In this document: positions 30,799-43,445 of the stretch, in pieces
How positions within the stretch are numbered: the first letter of the stretch is position 1
Layout: every line of letters begins with the position of its first letter
Origin: Diadema antillarum
Taxonomy: Eukaryota
DNA length: 64,000 nucleotides
NCBI RefSeq assembly: GCF_040938485.1
Contig: NW_027271495.1
Coordinates: 4,030,001 to 4,094,000, forward strand
Reading direction: 5' to 3'
Translations under genes and position numbers: made by a program
Notes under the pieces: generated by a model
Told to the model about the DNA's origin: nothing
Database searches by the model: none
The model's input: only the letters and a program-made list of their open reading frames with translations

Positions 30799-33700
30799 AT
30801 GGCTGAAACAAATGACGTTGGTGCGATGATCCAGGCACTCACCAGTGCTTTGCAAGGGTTGAGTGTCCAGCGTGTTCCACCCCCTGTGAAGCTGAGCAAG
30901 TTCAAAGGTTCATCGGGTGATCAGCCGCTTAAGGAGTGACTTGAAGACTTCCATAGCTATGCATCACATTACCGCCTTCAAGATGAATCAAAAGCTCAGA
31001 GCCTGTTGGACCACCTTGGAGGGGCTGCTAAAGAAGAAATTATGTGCAGAGGAGATGACATCAAAAAGAGTTATAACAAAATAGTAGAAATTCTCCAGTC
31101 CCTTTTTGCACCCGTGGAGTCGCTTCCTGCTCTAAGTCAGGTATTTCACAATAGGAATCAACAGGAGCATGAGTCTTTGATCGATTTCAGCCGGGCCTTG
31201 ATGCGGCTCTATAGTCGGATGATCAAAGCCGCACCCTCTTCTGAAGAGAAGGAAGCCCTGGAAAAGCTCCAGGATTCTGCGCTAAAGGAGAGATTTGTTC
31301 GTGGTGCAAGAGAGAAATGGATACAGCGGGAATTGAGGCGTATCCAGATGACCTCCAAAACCAAGTCATTTCAAGACATGCGGGAGGAGGCACAAGAGTT
31401 CTTTGAGGACCATGAAACCAGCAGGAAGACGCGAGTTCACGAATTAGCAGTAGGTATTGATTCCACTGTGCAAGACGTTGCTATTATGCAGGCCACCAGA
31501 AGAGAGGAACCCAGTTTACGAGACGAGTTAAATTCGCTAAAGAGGGGACTGGCTGATCTCCAGCACAGTATGATGGCCCTTGGATCTCAGCAACTGCCAC
31601 GCAGATCCAACAACGAGATTAAATGCTGCAACTGTGGAAAAAGAGGTCATGCAAAGCCCCAATGCACCGAGGAGACGCTGTGCTACAACTGCAAGGGCCG
31701 GGGCCATTTTAGCAAAGATTGTCCCCAGAGAGGGACCCCTTCCACACATCCACCTATCCAGAGAGGAGCAACTCCCACACCTCCATCCGCTCCCTCTGCA
31801 GAACCAGGTGTGAAGAGGAGTGGGGTCTTGGAAGGTGGTAAATCAGAGAACCATGAGGCTCTCCATCGGCTTGTTGCTAACAGCCCGCGAGGAAGTATGA
31901 AGATTGGTGGAGTTGAAGTGGGCTACATCTTGGACACCGGAGCCGAAACATCCATCATACCTTCCGCCATCTACCACACCAAGTTGCGGGGAAGACTAGG
32001 AGACCTCAAGGATGCCTCCAGATTGTTCTTGAATATTCGTGGGGTAGGTGGTATCCAGGTCCCAGTTGAAGGGTATATTGAAGTTCCAATTCAAGTTGGC
32101 ACCCAAGAATTGACTGGAAGTTTTCTCATAATATCTGATCAGTCCTGCGAGGAGAGGCAAACGGAACATCCAGTACTCTTAGGCTGCAACATCTTGAAGA
32201 AGTTGGATGTGTCCCATACAGCTGGTTTTGGGTGGACTGTCACCAACAGAGAGAAGGAGATACCCAAGCCAGAGAGTACACAAGGCCTTTTGAAGATCCG
32301 CACGATGTCAGGTGAGACCCTTCCACCTTTCTCTGTTCGTAGAGTAGCATGCGGTGTTGACACTACTGATTGCAGGTACAATGACATCGTGGTCCATCCT
32401 TCATCTCAGGCAAAGGTGCGGGCATATGAGGGATACCATCACATTGACCAAGGCTCTTCGTTCAATGTACTGCTGGCGAACGAGACTAGCAAGGAGGTAC
32501 ACATTTCACCTGCAACGATGGTCGCCGAAGCACTACCAGGGTCTGAGAAGAAGGAAGTGGTGATCGATGTACAAGATGACAAGATTCTCTTGGCGGTATG
32601 TGAAGTGATTGAAGAGGAAGGAGCGGAAATGTCAGCTTCCCAGCAATTTCAAGGCCAAGTTGACATGAATCTCCCACAAGCACCACAGCTTCCACCTGGT
32701 GTGAAACTTGAAGGCCTCAGTGAGGCAGAAGAAGCAGCTCTTTCTAGTCTCCTGTCGAAGCACACTGATGTATTTTCCAAGGATACTTATGATGTTGGGA
32801 AATGTGACATAATCCCTCACCAAATTCATCTCACAGATGGTCCTGCCATCCGATTACCATACAGAAGAATCCATCCCACTCAAATCCCAGAGGTGAAGAA
32901 GATGCTCCAAGAAATGCTTGACCAGGGGATTATCCGACCTTCCAAAACAAGCTTTGCAAGCCCGGTGGTCCTGGTAAGAAAGAAAGATAACACCCTTCGT
33001 CTCTGCATAGACTATCGGAGGCTAAACGATCGTAAGGTAAGAGACTCATTTCCCCTCCCCAGGATCGACGAGACATTAGAAGCACTGAGTGGAGCTAAGT
33101 ACTTTTCCACACTTGACTTGGCCCACGGATACTTTCAGGTCACTATGGATGAGGAGTCGGTGGACAAGACGGCTTTCTGTGTCCCTTGGGGGCTTTTCGA
33201 GTTTGTTAGAATGCCGCAAGGTTTGACTAATAGTCCATCTACCTTTCAGCGAATCATGGAGTTCATCCTTAGTGACATGAATTTGAGTGAAATTGTTTTG
33301 TATCTTGATGATATCTTGATCTTTTCCAGCACCTTCGAGGAGCACCTGGCTCGTTTGGATAAGGTCTTGTCCCGCCTACATCTCCATGGCTTGAAAGTGA
33401 AGGGCAAGAAATGCAGCCTTCTTCGGAGACAGGTGGGCTACCTAGGGCACGTAGTTTCAGGAGGTGGCATCTCGGTAGACCAAGAGAAGGTGGAGAGAGT
33501 TAAGGCCTGGCCCACACCAAAGAATGCCACCGAACTCCGCTCCTTTTTGGGTCTTGCTTCCTACTACCGGAGATTTATTCCCAACTTTTCTCAGATAGCA
33601 GCACCTCTCCATGCATTGACTGGAGGCAAGGCAAGCAAACAAGCGGGGAAGACTCTGCCTTTCACATGGGGAAAAGATCAGGAGCAGGCATTTGCTGCAT

Positions 33701-36038
33701 TGAAGGAAGCTCTTACCAGCACACCCGTGCTTGCATACCCTCGATTTGACAGAGATTTTGTGATTGAAGTGGATGCTTCTTACTTGGGCTTGGGTGCTTG
33801 CCTTCTGCAGTCTGATGATGAGGGAAAGATTCATCCTATCGTCTATGCTAGCCGTGGGCTGAGGGGGTCTGAGAGGGCATACCCGGATTTATCGAGCTTC
33901 AAACTAGAACTTCTCGGGTTAAAATGGGCAGTGACGGAGAAATTTGGGCCATACATCCAAGGCAGACATACAGTTGTCTGGACAGATCACAACCCACTGG
34001 CTCATCTAAAGACAGCGAATCTCGGTGCGACAGAGATGAGGTGGGTGGCTCAGCTTTCCCAATATGACATTGAAGTCAAGTATCGCCCAGGTAGAACGAA
34101 TAAGTGTGCAGATGATCTCAGCAGGTGTCCTGGGAATGTCACCGCCGATGAACTGAAGGCAGGCTTTCAAGAAGTAGCATCATGCTTGGCAGTGAAAGTC
34201 GACACTCAAACGTCTAAATCTGTCAACGGCACAGGTGTGCAAGATAACGGGCCAGCAGTCTTGCCTTCGTATTCCCATGAAGAACTGGCCACGATGCAGA
34301 GAACAGATCAGGTGTTAGGGGAATTATGGAGGATGTGGGAAAGCAAGTGGGCACCTGGGAACAACTACAACCGAGGACTTAAAGGGCTGAGTGGCTGGGT
34401 GCGAGAGTGGACAAACTTCAATAAGCACAATGGAGTGCTGTACAGGTGCTACACTGACGCTGTTTTGGGAAAAGTGAGACAGATCTTAACACCATCATGT
34501 CTCCAGGAAATACTGCTGGAAGCCACTCACGATAAGTGGGCTCATCAAGGTGTCAGGAGAACGAGAGAGCTCTTGAGGCGGAGGTGTTTTTGGCCAGGTC
34601 AGCACGAGGGCTGAGTGGCTGGGTGCGAGAGTGGACAAACTTCAACAAGCACAATGGAGTGCTGTACAGGTGCTACACTGACGCTGTTTTGGGAAAAGTG
34701 AGACAGATCTTAACACCATCATGTCTCCAGGAAGTACTGCTGGAAGCCACTCACGATAAGTGAGCTCATCAAGGTGTCAGGAGAACGAGTGAGCTCTTGA
34801 GGCGGAGGTGTTTTTGGCCAGGTCAGCACGAGGACGTAAAGCAGCATATCAAGAAGTGCTGGAGATGCACTACAACCAAGGCCCCAACACCTATCGTCAA
34901 ACCCCCGATGCGTCACCTTCTTGCATTCAGCCCACAAGAGGTAGTAGCTGTTGACTTTCTCAAGCTAGATCGAGGACGCCGAGGATACGAAGATGTCCTT
35001 GTTATTACTGATGTTTTCAGTAAGTTTTCACTTGCAGTGCCGTGTAAGGATCAGACGGCAAAGACGGTGGCAGTGGTTTTGCGAGACCATTGGTTTGCCC
35101 ACTACGGGATACCTCTCCGACTCCATTCGGATCAAGGGCGATCATTTGAGGCCACCATCATCCATGAGATCTGCAAGTTGTACGACATCAAGAAGTCACG
35201 CACGACTCCCTATCATCCACAAGCTAACGGACAGGTAGAGCGATTTAATAAGACCTTGTGCCACCTGTTGATGTCTCTCGATGCTTCCGAACGCAAACGA
35301 TGGCCCGAGTTGATGCAGCACATCATTTACATGTATAACACTACGCCACATAGTGTTACTGGAGTGACCCCATACTTACTCATGTTTGGAAGGGAGCCAG
35401 CCTTGCCTATAGACCATCTGTTGAACAATGCCAACCATGACTGGGACGAGGACTACACCAGAAGACAGGCGGAGCTACTAAAGCGCGCCAATGAAGTAGT
35501 TAAGTCCAGGCTGCAGGCAGCTGCAAAGAAAGGGGAGAAAAATGAGGTGCACTCACCCCATCCTGTGCTGGAGATAGGAGATCGGGTCCTCCTCAAGAGA
35601 CACGGCTTCACTACCAGACATAAGCTGAAGGACAAATTTCATCATGTTCCATATGTTATCGTTGGCAGGAATGATGATCACGACGTATATCAAATACGAC
35701 CTGCACAGGGAGGTGAGGCAAAGTGTGTAAATCGAAGGCACCTCATCTTAGATCCACGATCCCAAGGTGAGAGTGACGATGATGACCTTTTCATTGATCG
35801 AATCCTCCCAAGAGGAGATTGCATCTCTTCCGACTCGAGCCGAAAAGAATCTGAAGATGTTGACTCATCAGATGAAGACGTCAGTACTTGGGAATTCAAC
35901 TTAGAGTATATTCCTAATATGAATAGAGACACAGTACGGCTACCTCCACGACGCTCTGCCAGGAGATCAAAAGGGAAGCATAGAAACCCTGCAAGGCTTC
36001 CTGCATCATCAGTAACAGGAATGCCATGTGCAGAATGA
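30799..36038 (+). pseudogene. Gypsy gag-pol polyprotein (single ORF originally ~1671 aa), disabled by TGA at 30937-30939 and by a frameshifting 224-bp duplication
   Basis: ATG at 30799 is in frame with ORF 31006..34614. Two CCHC knuckles, protease LDTGAE, RT YLDD, RNase H DAS, integrase HHCC and D-D-E (VDF, SDQG, QVERFN; ORF 34797..36038). Confidence 0.93.
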
Positions 36039-36492
36039 GTGGTGTCTATGATATATACTTTTGACTTTCTTTCTATCCTCTTCTCTTTTCTTTCTCTTTT
36101 CTCAGCTCTTCCTAACATAGAATATTGTTGTAATTTTGTTGTGTTCACTGAATAGACCAAAGTAAGACTGGTATGGCTTCAATGCATCTGACAGTTTTGT
36201 CGTTTTGTGAATTAGTGCAATCCTTGTGCACAGGAACAAGCGGGGAAGGATATGGTTATCCTTTCTGTGAATTTGAGTTTCTACATCATGTATCTAACAG
36301 TAAGCGTATTTAGAGTGCGTATTATTTTTGTGTGAAATTCACTCGTTTGATTGTTTGCTAATTAATTTTTTTTGTTCATCAATTTCCATTTTTTTTTAAT
36401 GAAGATATACTCAGAAAGCAAGGGAGTGCCTTTTTCTTTTAGTATTGGGGTTACTTATTAATTGAATGTAACTTTCGGGACGAAAGTTATTC

Positions 36493-36504
36493 AAGCGGGG
36501 AAGA
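36493..36504 (+). promoter_or_regulatory. Polypurine tract
   Basis: AAGCGGGGAAGA lies immediately before the 3' LTR TG. Confidence 0.8.
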
Positions 36505-36759
36505 TGACAAGAAATGGAAATTTGAAGATAGCGGTTTACAGTGAAGGGCAGTACAGTATCTGATATAACACACACTGTCCAGTTTACTATAAGACATGCA
36601 CTCTATTGTAGCCTACATGAATTACATTACAGGCCATGGTCAAGGAGGGGAAGGGGACGCTAATCCATGGGTAAACAAAATGAGTCATGGGCAGTGCTTG
36701 GCAGAAACTCTTTGTTCTATTGTTTCCAGACCCAAGCTACCCCATCACTGGAAATAGTT

Positions 36760-39700
36760 GGGGGCCATAGAAGGAGCGTTCACGTCGCGGTCCCTGTCAG
36801 GTACCTGTTTACCTGCGAATCCTTCTACCACGCTACACCAACCTACCAATCCTATCACCAAACATGGAGACACGTAATCTGGCTCAAGATGTCGGTAGAA
36901 GTCAGTGTCGTAAGCATGGGTCCTTTTCAGGACCGGCACTGACAATCATATCTTCCAACATCGAAGGCCTTGCAGGAGCCAAGCAACATCTCCTGGCTGA
37001 TATCTGTACCAGAAATCAATGTGATGTACTGTGCCTACAAGAGACACATCGAGGAGACACTAACATTCGTCCAAGAATCCCAGGCATGACTCTTGTAGCT
37101 GAAAGACCTCATGATAAGTACGGGAGTGCCATTTTCATCCGCAGCGGAATAAGCATTGACAAATCCACAGTGTCGTATCTCAACAACGTGGAAGTGATGA
37201 ACATCCAGATCATGGGAATTTCTCTGACTTCTGTCTACAAGCCACCTAATGAGGAATTTGCCTTCCCAGAGATATTCACTGACAACACAGTGAATGTAGC
37301 CATAGGGGATTTCAACAGTCACAATGTCCTATGGGGATACTCTGAGACAAACAATGATGGAGAACTAGTTGAGAGTTGGTCTGACGCAAATGAGCTTTCC
37401 CTCATCCACGATTCCAAACTACCAAGCTCCTTCAACAGTGGCAGATGGAGGCGTGGCTATAACCCTGACTTGGTGTTCGCTTCGAACAGCATTGCTAACC
37501 AGTGTGAGAAAATCGTCCTCGACCCAATCCCACACTCTCAACACCGTCCCATCGGGATTAAAGTCAACGCAGTCATAACTCCCCGTCCAGTCCCCTTCAG
37601 ACGCCGCTTCAACTTGAGGAAGGCAAATTGGGAGAAATTCTCAGAAGAACTGGACACTGCAATCAATGACCTTCCAGCAACCCCAGCCAACTATGATATC
37701 TTTGTAGAAAAGGTGAAAAAGTCCTCCAGAAACAACATCCCTAGAGGATGCCGGAAAAACTACATCCCTGGCTTATCAACTGAAGCAAAGCAACTCTACA
37801 AGGAGTATATCAATCTCTTCCAGGCAAACCCCTTTGGAGATGATACTTTGGAAGTTGGGGAAAGTCTTATCGATGCAGTGTCGTCAGAGAGGCGAAGGAG
37901 CTGGCAAGAATTGATCGAGTCTACCAATATGACTCACAGTAGCAGAAAAGCGTGGAAGACAATTAGGAAGCTGGGAAATGACTACACGAAAGCCCAACCA
38001 CGCTCTGAAGTCACAGCAGATCAAGTCGCTCATCAACTCCTTTTGAATAGCCGGGGAAACCCAAACCATCATCCTCGGAGAACTAAACTACCAAAGCCAT
38101 CTGAAGAAAACAAGGAATGTTCTGACCTCACCAGAGCCTTCACAATGAACGAGCTAATTGTTGGCATCAAGACAATGAAAAACAACAAAGCAGCTGGTCT
38201 TGATGACATCCTGTGTGAACAAGTTAAACACCTAGGACCAGTGGCTCTCAAGTGGCTTCTAGACCTGTTCAACAGCTGTCTGATAACCAACAAGCTACCT
38301 AAGATATGGAGGCGGGCAAAGATTGTGGCTATCCTGAAGCCTGGCAAAGATCCTGCCATCCCGAAGAATTTCCGACCCATCTCTCTGCTCTGTCATACAT
38401 ACAAACTGTTTGAGAGACTACTCCTGAATCGCATGGCACCCATTATTGATCAGCAGCTGATCCCTGAGCAAGCGGGTTTCAGACCTGGAAAGTCCTGCAC
38501 AAGCCAACTGCTTAACCTAACCCAATTCATTGAGGATGGTTATGAGAAGGGACTCATAACTGGTGCTGCTTTTGTTGACTTGTCTGCAGCTTACGATACA
38601 GTCAACCACAGAGTACTCGTGCAGAAGCTGTACAAGATTACACATGATGCCAGCCTGACTTCTCTGATCCAAAACATGCTGGAGAACAGACGCTTCTTTG
38701 TTGATCTCAGTGGAGATCGAAGCAGATGGCGCAGACAGAAAAATGGGCTTCCGCAAGGCAGCGTTCTTGCTCCACTCTTGTTCAACATTTATACAAATGA
38801 TCAACCCATCCACCAGAAGACCAGGAGCTTCCTGTATGCAGACGACCTGTGCATAGCCTCTCAGTCCCAGTCATTTCTGGATCATGAAAGAACGCTAAGT
38901 GAAGCACTAGAGGGCCTGACCACCTACTATGCTGTAAACCATCTTCGGGCAAATCCAGATAAGACTCAAGTCAGTGCTTTCCATCTCAAGAGTCGTGATG
39001 CAAACCGCAAACTGAAGGTCCACTGGTATGGCAAGAGACTAGAACACATAGACAAACCAGTGTATCTAGGAGTCACTCTAGACCGCACTCTCAGTTTCAA
39101 GGACCATGTCAGCAAGACAAAGGCAAAGGTGGGAGCCAGGAATAACATCTTGAGAAAGCTGGCAAACTCCAAGTGGGGAACAGACCCAGGAACCATCCGC
39201 AGCACTGCCCTCGCCCTGTGTTACTCTGCAGCCGAATATGCATGCCCTGTCTGGGGACGTTCCTCACATGCCAAGAAGCTGGACCCTGTTCTAAATACAG
39301 CTTGTAGGGCCATCTCTGGTTGTCTCAAGCCTACCCGAATTGATGACCTCTACCTGCTGTGTGGAATTGCCCCTCCTACAGTCAGAAGAGATGTATCTTC
39401 AAGAGTGGAACGCACAAAACAGGAAGATGACAGTCGCCATCCACTTTTCCAGCATGTTCCTCCACCAAAAAGGCTAAAATCCAGGAAGAGTTTTCTACAC
39501 TCAGTACAACCCCTGGATGGCAATCCCCAGAGCTGCAGGATAGAAGCCTGGTCAAAACATCTACAGGAGAAACCCCATAACCTCTCTTTTGAGCCAAAGG
39601 AATCCCTCCCAACAGGTGCCAATGAGCCATGGCAAAATTGGCGCTGCCTGAATCGCCTTAGAACTGGAGTTGGGAGATGCAAAGCCCTGATGCAGAAATG

Positions 39701-39886
39701 GGGATAAAACCATGATGGATCCACAGAATGCGACTGCGGGGAGGCTCCCCTGACAATGGAACACCTACTAAACTGCACCCTGCTACAACAACCCTGTACA
39801 TCACATGATCTCCACGATTACACCCCATGTGCCAGAGCCTGTGTTCTGCAGTGGCTGGGAAAAGTGTAGCGACACGAGAGAAGAAG
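36760..39886 (+). mobile_element. Full-length 3.1-kb single-ORF LINE, Ingi/Vingi-like (APE and RT, no RNase H)
   Basis: 13-bp TSD ACTGGAAATAGTT at 36747-36759 and 39887-39899. 5' end GGGGGCC and a short GAAGAAG tail. The empty site is visible in the 5' LTR. Confidence 0.88.
36864..39707 (+). CDS. LINE polyprotein (APE endonuclease and reverse transcriptase), 947 aa. A premature TAA removes the C-terminal CxC...HxxxC region, whose frame continues to TAG at 39869.
   Basis: Motifs SSNIEG, CLQETH, GDFNSH, SGRWRRGYNPDL, SQH, GLPQGSVLAP, YADD and LNRLRTGVGRC. Confidence 0.9.
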   Translation: METRNLAQDVGRSQCRKHGSFSGPALTIISSNIEGLAGAKQHLLADICTRNQCDVLCLQETHRGDTNIRPRIPGMTLVAERPHDKYGSAIFIRSGISIDKSTVSYLNNVEVMNIQIMGISLTSVYKPPNEEFAFPEIFTDNTVNVAIGDFNSHNVLWGYSETNNDGELVESWSDANELSLIHDSKLPSSFNSGRWRRGYNPDLVFASNSIANQCEKIVLDPIPHSQHRPIGIKVNAVITPRPVPFRRRFNLRKANWEKFSEELDTAINDLPATPANYDIFVEKVKKSSRNNIPRGCRKNYIPGLSTEAKQLYKEYINLFQANPFGDDTLEVGESLIDAVSSERRRSWQELIESTNMTHSSRKAWKTIRKLGNDYTKAQPRSEVTADQVAHQLLLNSRGNPNHHPRRTKLPKPSEENKECSDLTRAFTMNELIVGIKTMKNNKAAGLDDILCEQVKHLGPVALKWLLDLFNSCLITNKLPKIWRRAKIVAILKPGKDPAIPKNFRPISLLCHTYKLFERLLLNRMAPIIDQQLIPEQAGFRPGKSCTSQLLNLTQFIEDGYEKGLITGAAFVDLSAAYDTVNHRVLVQKLYKITHDASLTSLIQNMLENRRFFVDLSGDRSRWRRQKNGLPQGSVLAPLLFNIYTNDQPIHQKTRSFLYADDLCIASQSQSFLDHERTLSEALEGLTTYYAVNHLRANPDKTQVSAFHLKSRDANRKLKVHWYGKRLEHIDKPVYLGVTLDRTLSFKDHVSKTKAKVGARNNILRKLANSKWGTDPGTIRSTALALCYSAAEYACPVWGRSSHAKKLDPVLNTACRAISGCLKPTRIDDLYLLCGIAPPTVRRDVSSRVERTKQEDDSRHPLFQHVPPPKRLKSRKSFLHSVQPLDGNPQSCRIEAWSKHLQEKPHNLSFEPKESLPTGANEPWQNWRCLNRLRTGVGRCKALMQKWG

Positions 39887-40448
39887 ACTGGAAATAGTTC
39901 CAAGTTTAGAAGTAGCAAGGTGCAAAATGAATATAATCCTTTATTTAAAGAACAGATATTTAACAATATCTGATGTCCATCTAGACCATTGGTGGTTTAT
40001 ACAATCATTACTTGTTGAAGGCAAGATGGTTATTGTAAATATGCATGATGCACATAAGGTATGGGTAATTTTGATACAGATTGCATGGCACCTCGATATC
40101 GAATTTGGAGTAAAGTGATGATACTCTCAGTGTAGAAGTCTTTGTTAAAGTTTTACCATGTGCTCATTGCTGTCCTGAACTTTGGAGGAGCTGGATGCAG
40201 TTTGTGAGTGCAGGAGAAACTTTTGTAAGTTGTCAACATTTTACAACTTTCTTACTGATTTTATGCAGTAACTTTTATTCACTACACTGTTGTACTCTTG
40301 TCTAGTGATTCATTGATAATTTATGTTGAAACTGCTTTGTCTGGGCTGGTAACTCCTGCATTTTAGTCAGAACAGAAGTTAGAAGACAGTCCACCAAGCT
40401 ATTCTCTATTACATGTAAGATGGTTCTTAGTAACAGTATGTATGAATA

Positions 40449-40495
<47 letters not shown>

Positions 40496-41389
40496 AGAGA
40501 TATACAGAGCTGGCGATTTAATCATATAATCACGAGTTATATGGTCAGCTGGAATACAGAATTTCTGACTATATTACTTAGTTACTGCGTCATAGGGTTG
40601 CTTGCATTTTGGAAGATCTTATTTGGTTGTTTGATATTCCACCTATGACAGTGAACCAGATTTATAATTCTGTGCGTTAAGATTATGATTTGTTTGAATC
40701 TGTGGCAGCAATATATTCATTGGAATATATTGTATGTATGGTTTTGTGCACTTTGAGCCATTGATTTAACGGATATTGCATAACCCAAATTGCGAGAGGT
40801 TTTACAAATTAATGATTGCTTGGTCAGACTGCACATTTAATTTTATGTACATGACTATAGATCGTTGAGGGCGCACTAGACGTGCATGAACAAAATGGCG
40901 GCGCCCATGAACAAAATGGCGGCGCCCATGTGCAGTACATATACCATAGATACGAAGACAGTGTGTAACATGTATAAGCTATTAAGAGGGAACGACTGTG
41001 ATTTTATACTTTATTGTTCTTGATATACAGTTGGTTCCCTGGTTTTGTGTCAGTGCATTGGGTTGTATGGTTTATAATAGCATAGCTGAGAGTTTATATC
41101 GAATTTGTTTTTCTATCACTGTATAATAGATTTACATGATTCATTTTTGGTATTTAGGACCTATGTGTATAGCTTAGTATGTATTCAGTGTTTTGAGGCA
41201 TGGTGCACATGTTATAATCACATTGTATATAAGTTGGAATATATGGTTATATGCTTACTATTATTCCAATCTTATATGGGGATGTTCGCACGAGTATGGT
41301 ATTCCTGCCGACTGATGTCCACTCATGATTCATTTTTGGTATTTAGGACCTATGTGTATAGCTTAGTATGTATTATTCCAATCTTATAT

Positions 41390-41735
41390 GGGGGTGAGTT
41401 GGCTCAGTCGGTAGCGCGTCTGCCTCACGATCACGCGGCGCGGGTTCGAACCCGAGTCTGGACTGAGCAATGTTGTGTGTAAACATACCGTCCCCTCTAG
41501 CAAGAGGCAAAACACTCTGTCCCTCGGATAGGACATAAAATGGAGGTCCCGTGTATGAGAGAGTCACAGCTCATGCACGTAAAAGATCCCGCTTCATTCA
41601 TTCATCGCAAAGAGCAGGGTGTCTAACCCGGTGAAGTGGTCCTACCCCACATCCAACTGGACCCCATGGAAGACCAGCTTAGTGTAGCTGAATATGGGCT
41701 ATCCAGCCATCTTCACAGATGGAAAATGAACAACA
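41390..41735 (+). mobile_element. tRNA-derived SINE with a central domain resembling MetaSINEs and a (CAA)n tail
   Basis: A box TGGCTCAGTCGG at ~41400 and B box GGTTCGAACCC at 41443-41453. Central CTCGGATAGGACATAAAATGGAGGTCCCG...GCACGTAAAAGATCCC. TSD ACTCATG at 41321-41327 and 41736-41742. Confidence 0.82.
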
Positions 41736-43445
41736 ACTCATGTGATTCAGGACAGTAATCACAGACCTGGGGTACATACATTGTTGTTTTGTCTTTCATT
41801 GTTTTCATTAATTAGTGTGAATTTTGTGTCATTAGTGATTCCCAACTGAATATTAATTGTTGTGAAATTGTCGGGGTATCTGATTTGATACAATAATTAC
41901 AATAAGTAATTATATGCTTGTAAGTTTTAGAATTATTTGTTTAACCAATAAATCATAAAGGTGATTGGTTAGATTTATTTTGTTTAATTAGTGTTAGAAT
42001 TATAAAGTATAAATTATGGTTTTAATTAGTAGACATGATAATGGAAGATGTATTCATTTTGGCATAGTGTTAGTATATTATAAGTGGGATAAATGTATTG
42101 AGTAGTATGTTAGTGATTTAACCTATATGTTAATTTATGAGAAAACATAATCTGTGTCAGGTTGTGAGACATACAGTATTACATATGTGTGTATAATCAT
42201 GTTCATTTGAATTGAGTGCCTCGATTGTTGTACAGCAAGAATCTATTTTGGTGTTTTCACAACACTTTTGGATGTTTCATTTTGTGTAACCACATGTTTA
42301 TTATGTTTTCTTGTTTGCTTGATTTTTGCAGGGTTGTTGTTTGGGTATGACATCAGTGATGTCAGAATAAAGTTAGCAATAACAACATTCTGAGTGCTGA
42401 TACTCATTCATTTGAGTCCGAACCCAAAGATTGTTACACAATCTACACACCGGTGACTAACATCACCTCACGACAATAACGTTACATTATTTTGAAGGTT
42501 AGCAAATCTTTTTTTTTTAATTTGATGAAAAGCAGGTCTCTGCATGTCTGTGTTACCATCTATAGACAGTGTAATCCCATGAAAGATTCTTTCCAAGTCT
42601 GACTAATATGATCTCTGGGTATATCTTTTCTTTAAAAAAAATAACAAAAAAAAAAATCTAGTGTTGTTTTCTCATTTGGTGCCCATCCAACATAGATATC
42701 TAATCAAATCTTGGCAACCCTACAGGATCCAAAAAGGACACTCCTTAAATGACATTCTATTTTTGTCATCGAAGTATCTACATATCTACCTCTTGCAAAG
42801 AAGAATTTTGTATCTTGGCTTATTGCATGACTATTGGGGTTCTCCTTTGGGATCCTAGTGGTTACAGTATCCAATTTGACAAGGTGAAGGTGGCATCATG
42901 TTTTAAATTTGATTGAATTCTACGTGGATGCATTATAAAATTGATGAAACAAATTACATTTCTCCCCTCCTCATTTTTTCCTCACCTCTACTCTTTTGGC
43001 CCCTTTGCGGACATGATATGTACCTTGTGAACACCCACAGCTTTTATGTTATATCAATTAGATCATTTGTGTGCTGCAAACTTAATCTTATCAACCTTGG
43101 GCTCACTGAAGCAGAAACAGTTTATTGTTTTAGTAAGTGTTTTGGGTGGTTGTTATTCCATTTGAAAAACTTGAAATTCTACTTCACTGGGGAGTACCGG
43201 GGAGTGTTGTGGAGTACGATTGAACTGAATTTTCTTATGCAGATGATAAAGATAAAGTTTTGGAAATTGCAATAAGATCCCAAACAATGAACAATGCGTG
43301 ACATATGCAAAATGAGGAATGATTGTAATCGTATAGCAAACTTCAAACTTGAATGAGTTGCAAATGCCTGTGTCACAATTCCCACATGGCTACAAACATG
43401 ATGCACATCTAACAATACTTGGCGTATTTGAGACACATGTCTTAC

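Larger units (their letters stand above)
27856..42475 (+). mobile_element. Ty3/Gypsy LTR retrotransposon, structurally complete but disabled, with two secondary insertions in its 3' LTR
   Basis: TG...CA LTR pair, PBS, PPT and gag-PR-RT-RH-IN order. The flanks ATGA/ATAA give only an imperfect 4-bp TSD. Confidence 0.95.
36505..42475 (+). repeat. 3' LTR, interrupted by a LINE (36760-39886) and a SINE plus filler (41328-41735)
   Basis: Collinear with 27856-30294 on either side of both insertions. Roughly a dozen substitutions and a few small indels by eye. Confidence 0.93.

Noticed and set aside
30937-34762. APOBEC-type hypermutation suggested by two TGG>TGA stops
   Set aside because: Only two events, in different dinucleotide contexts, and no general G>A excess is visible between the LTRs.
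41390-41465. tRNA gene
   Set aside because: The A and B boxes are followed by a SINE body, a (CAA)n tail and a TSD, so it is a SINE head and not a tRNA locus.
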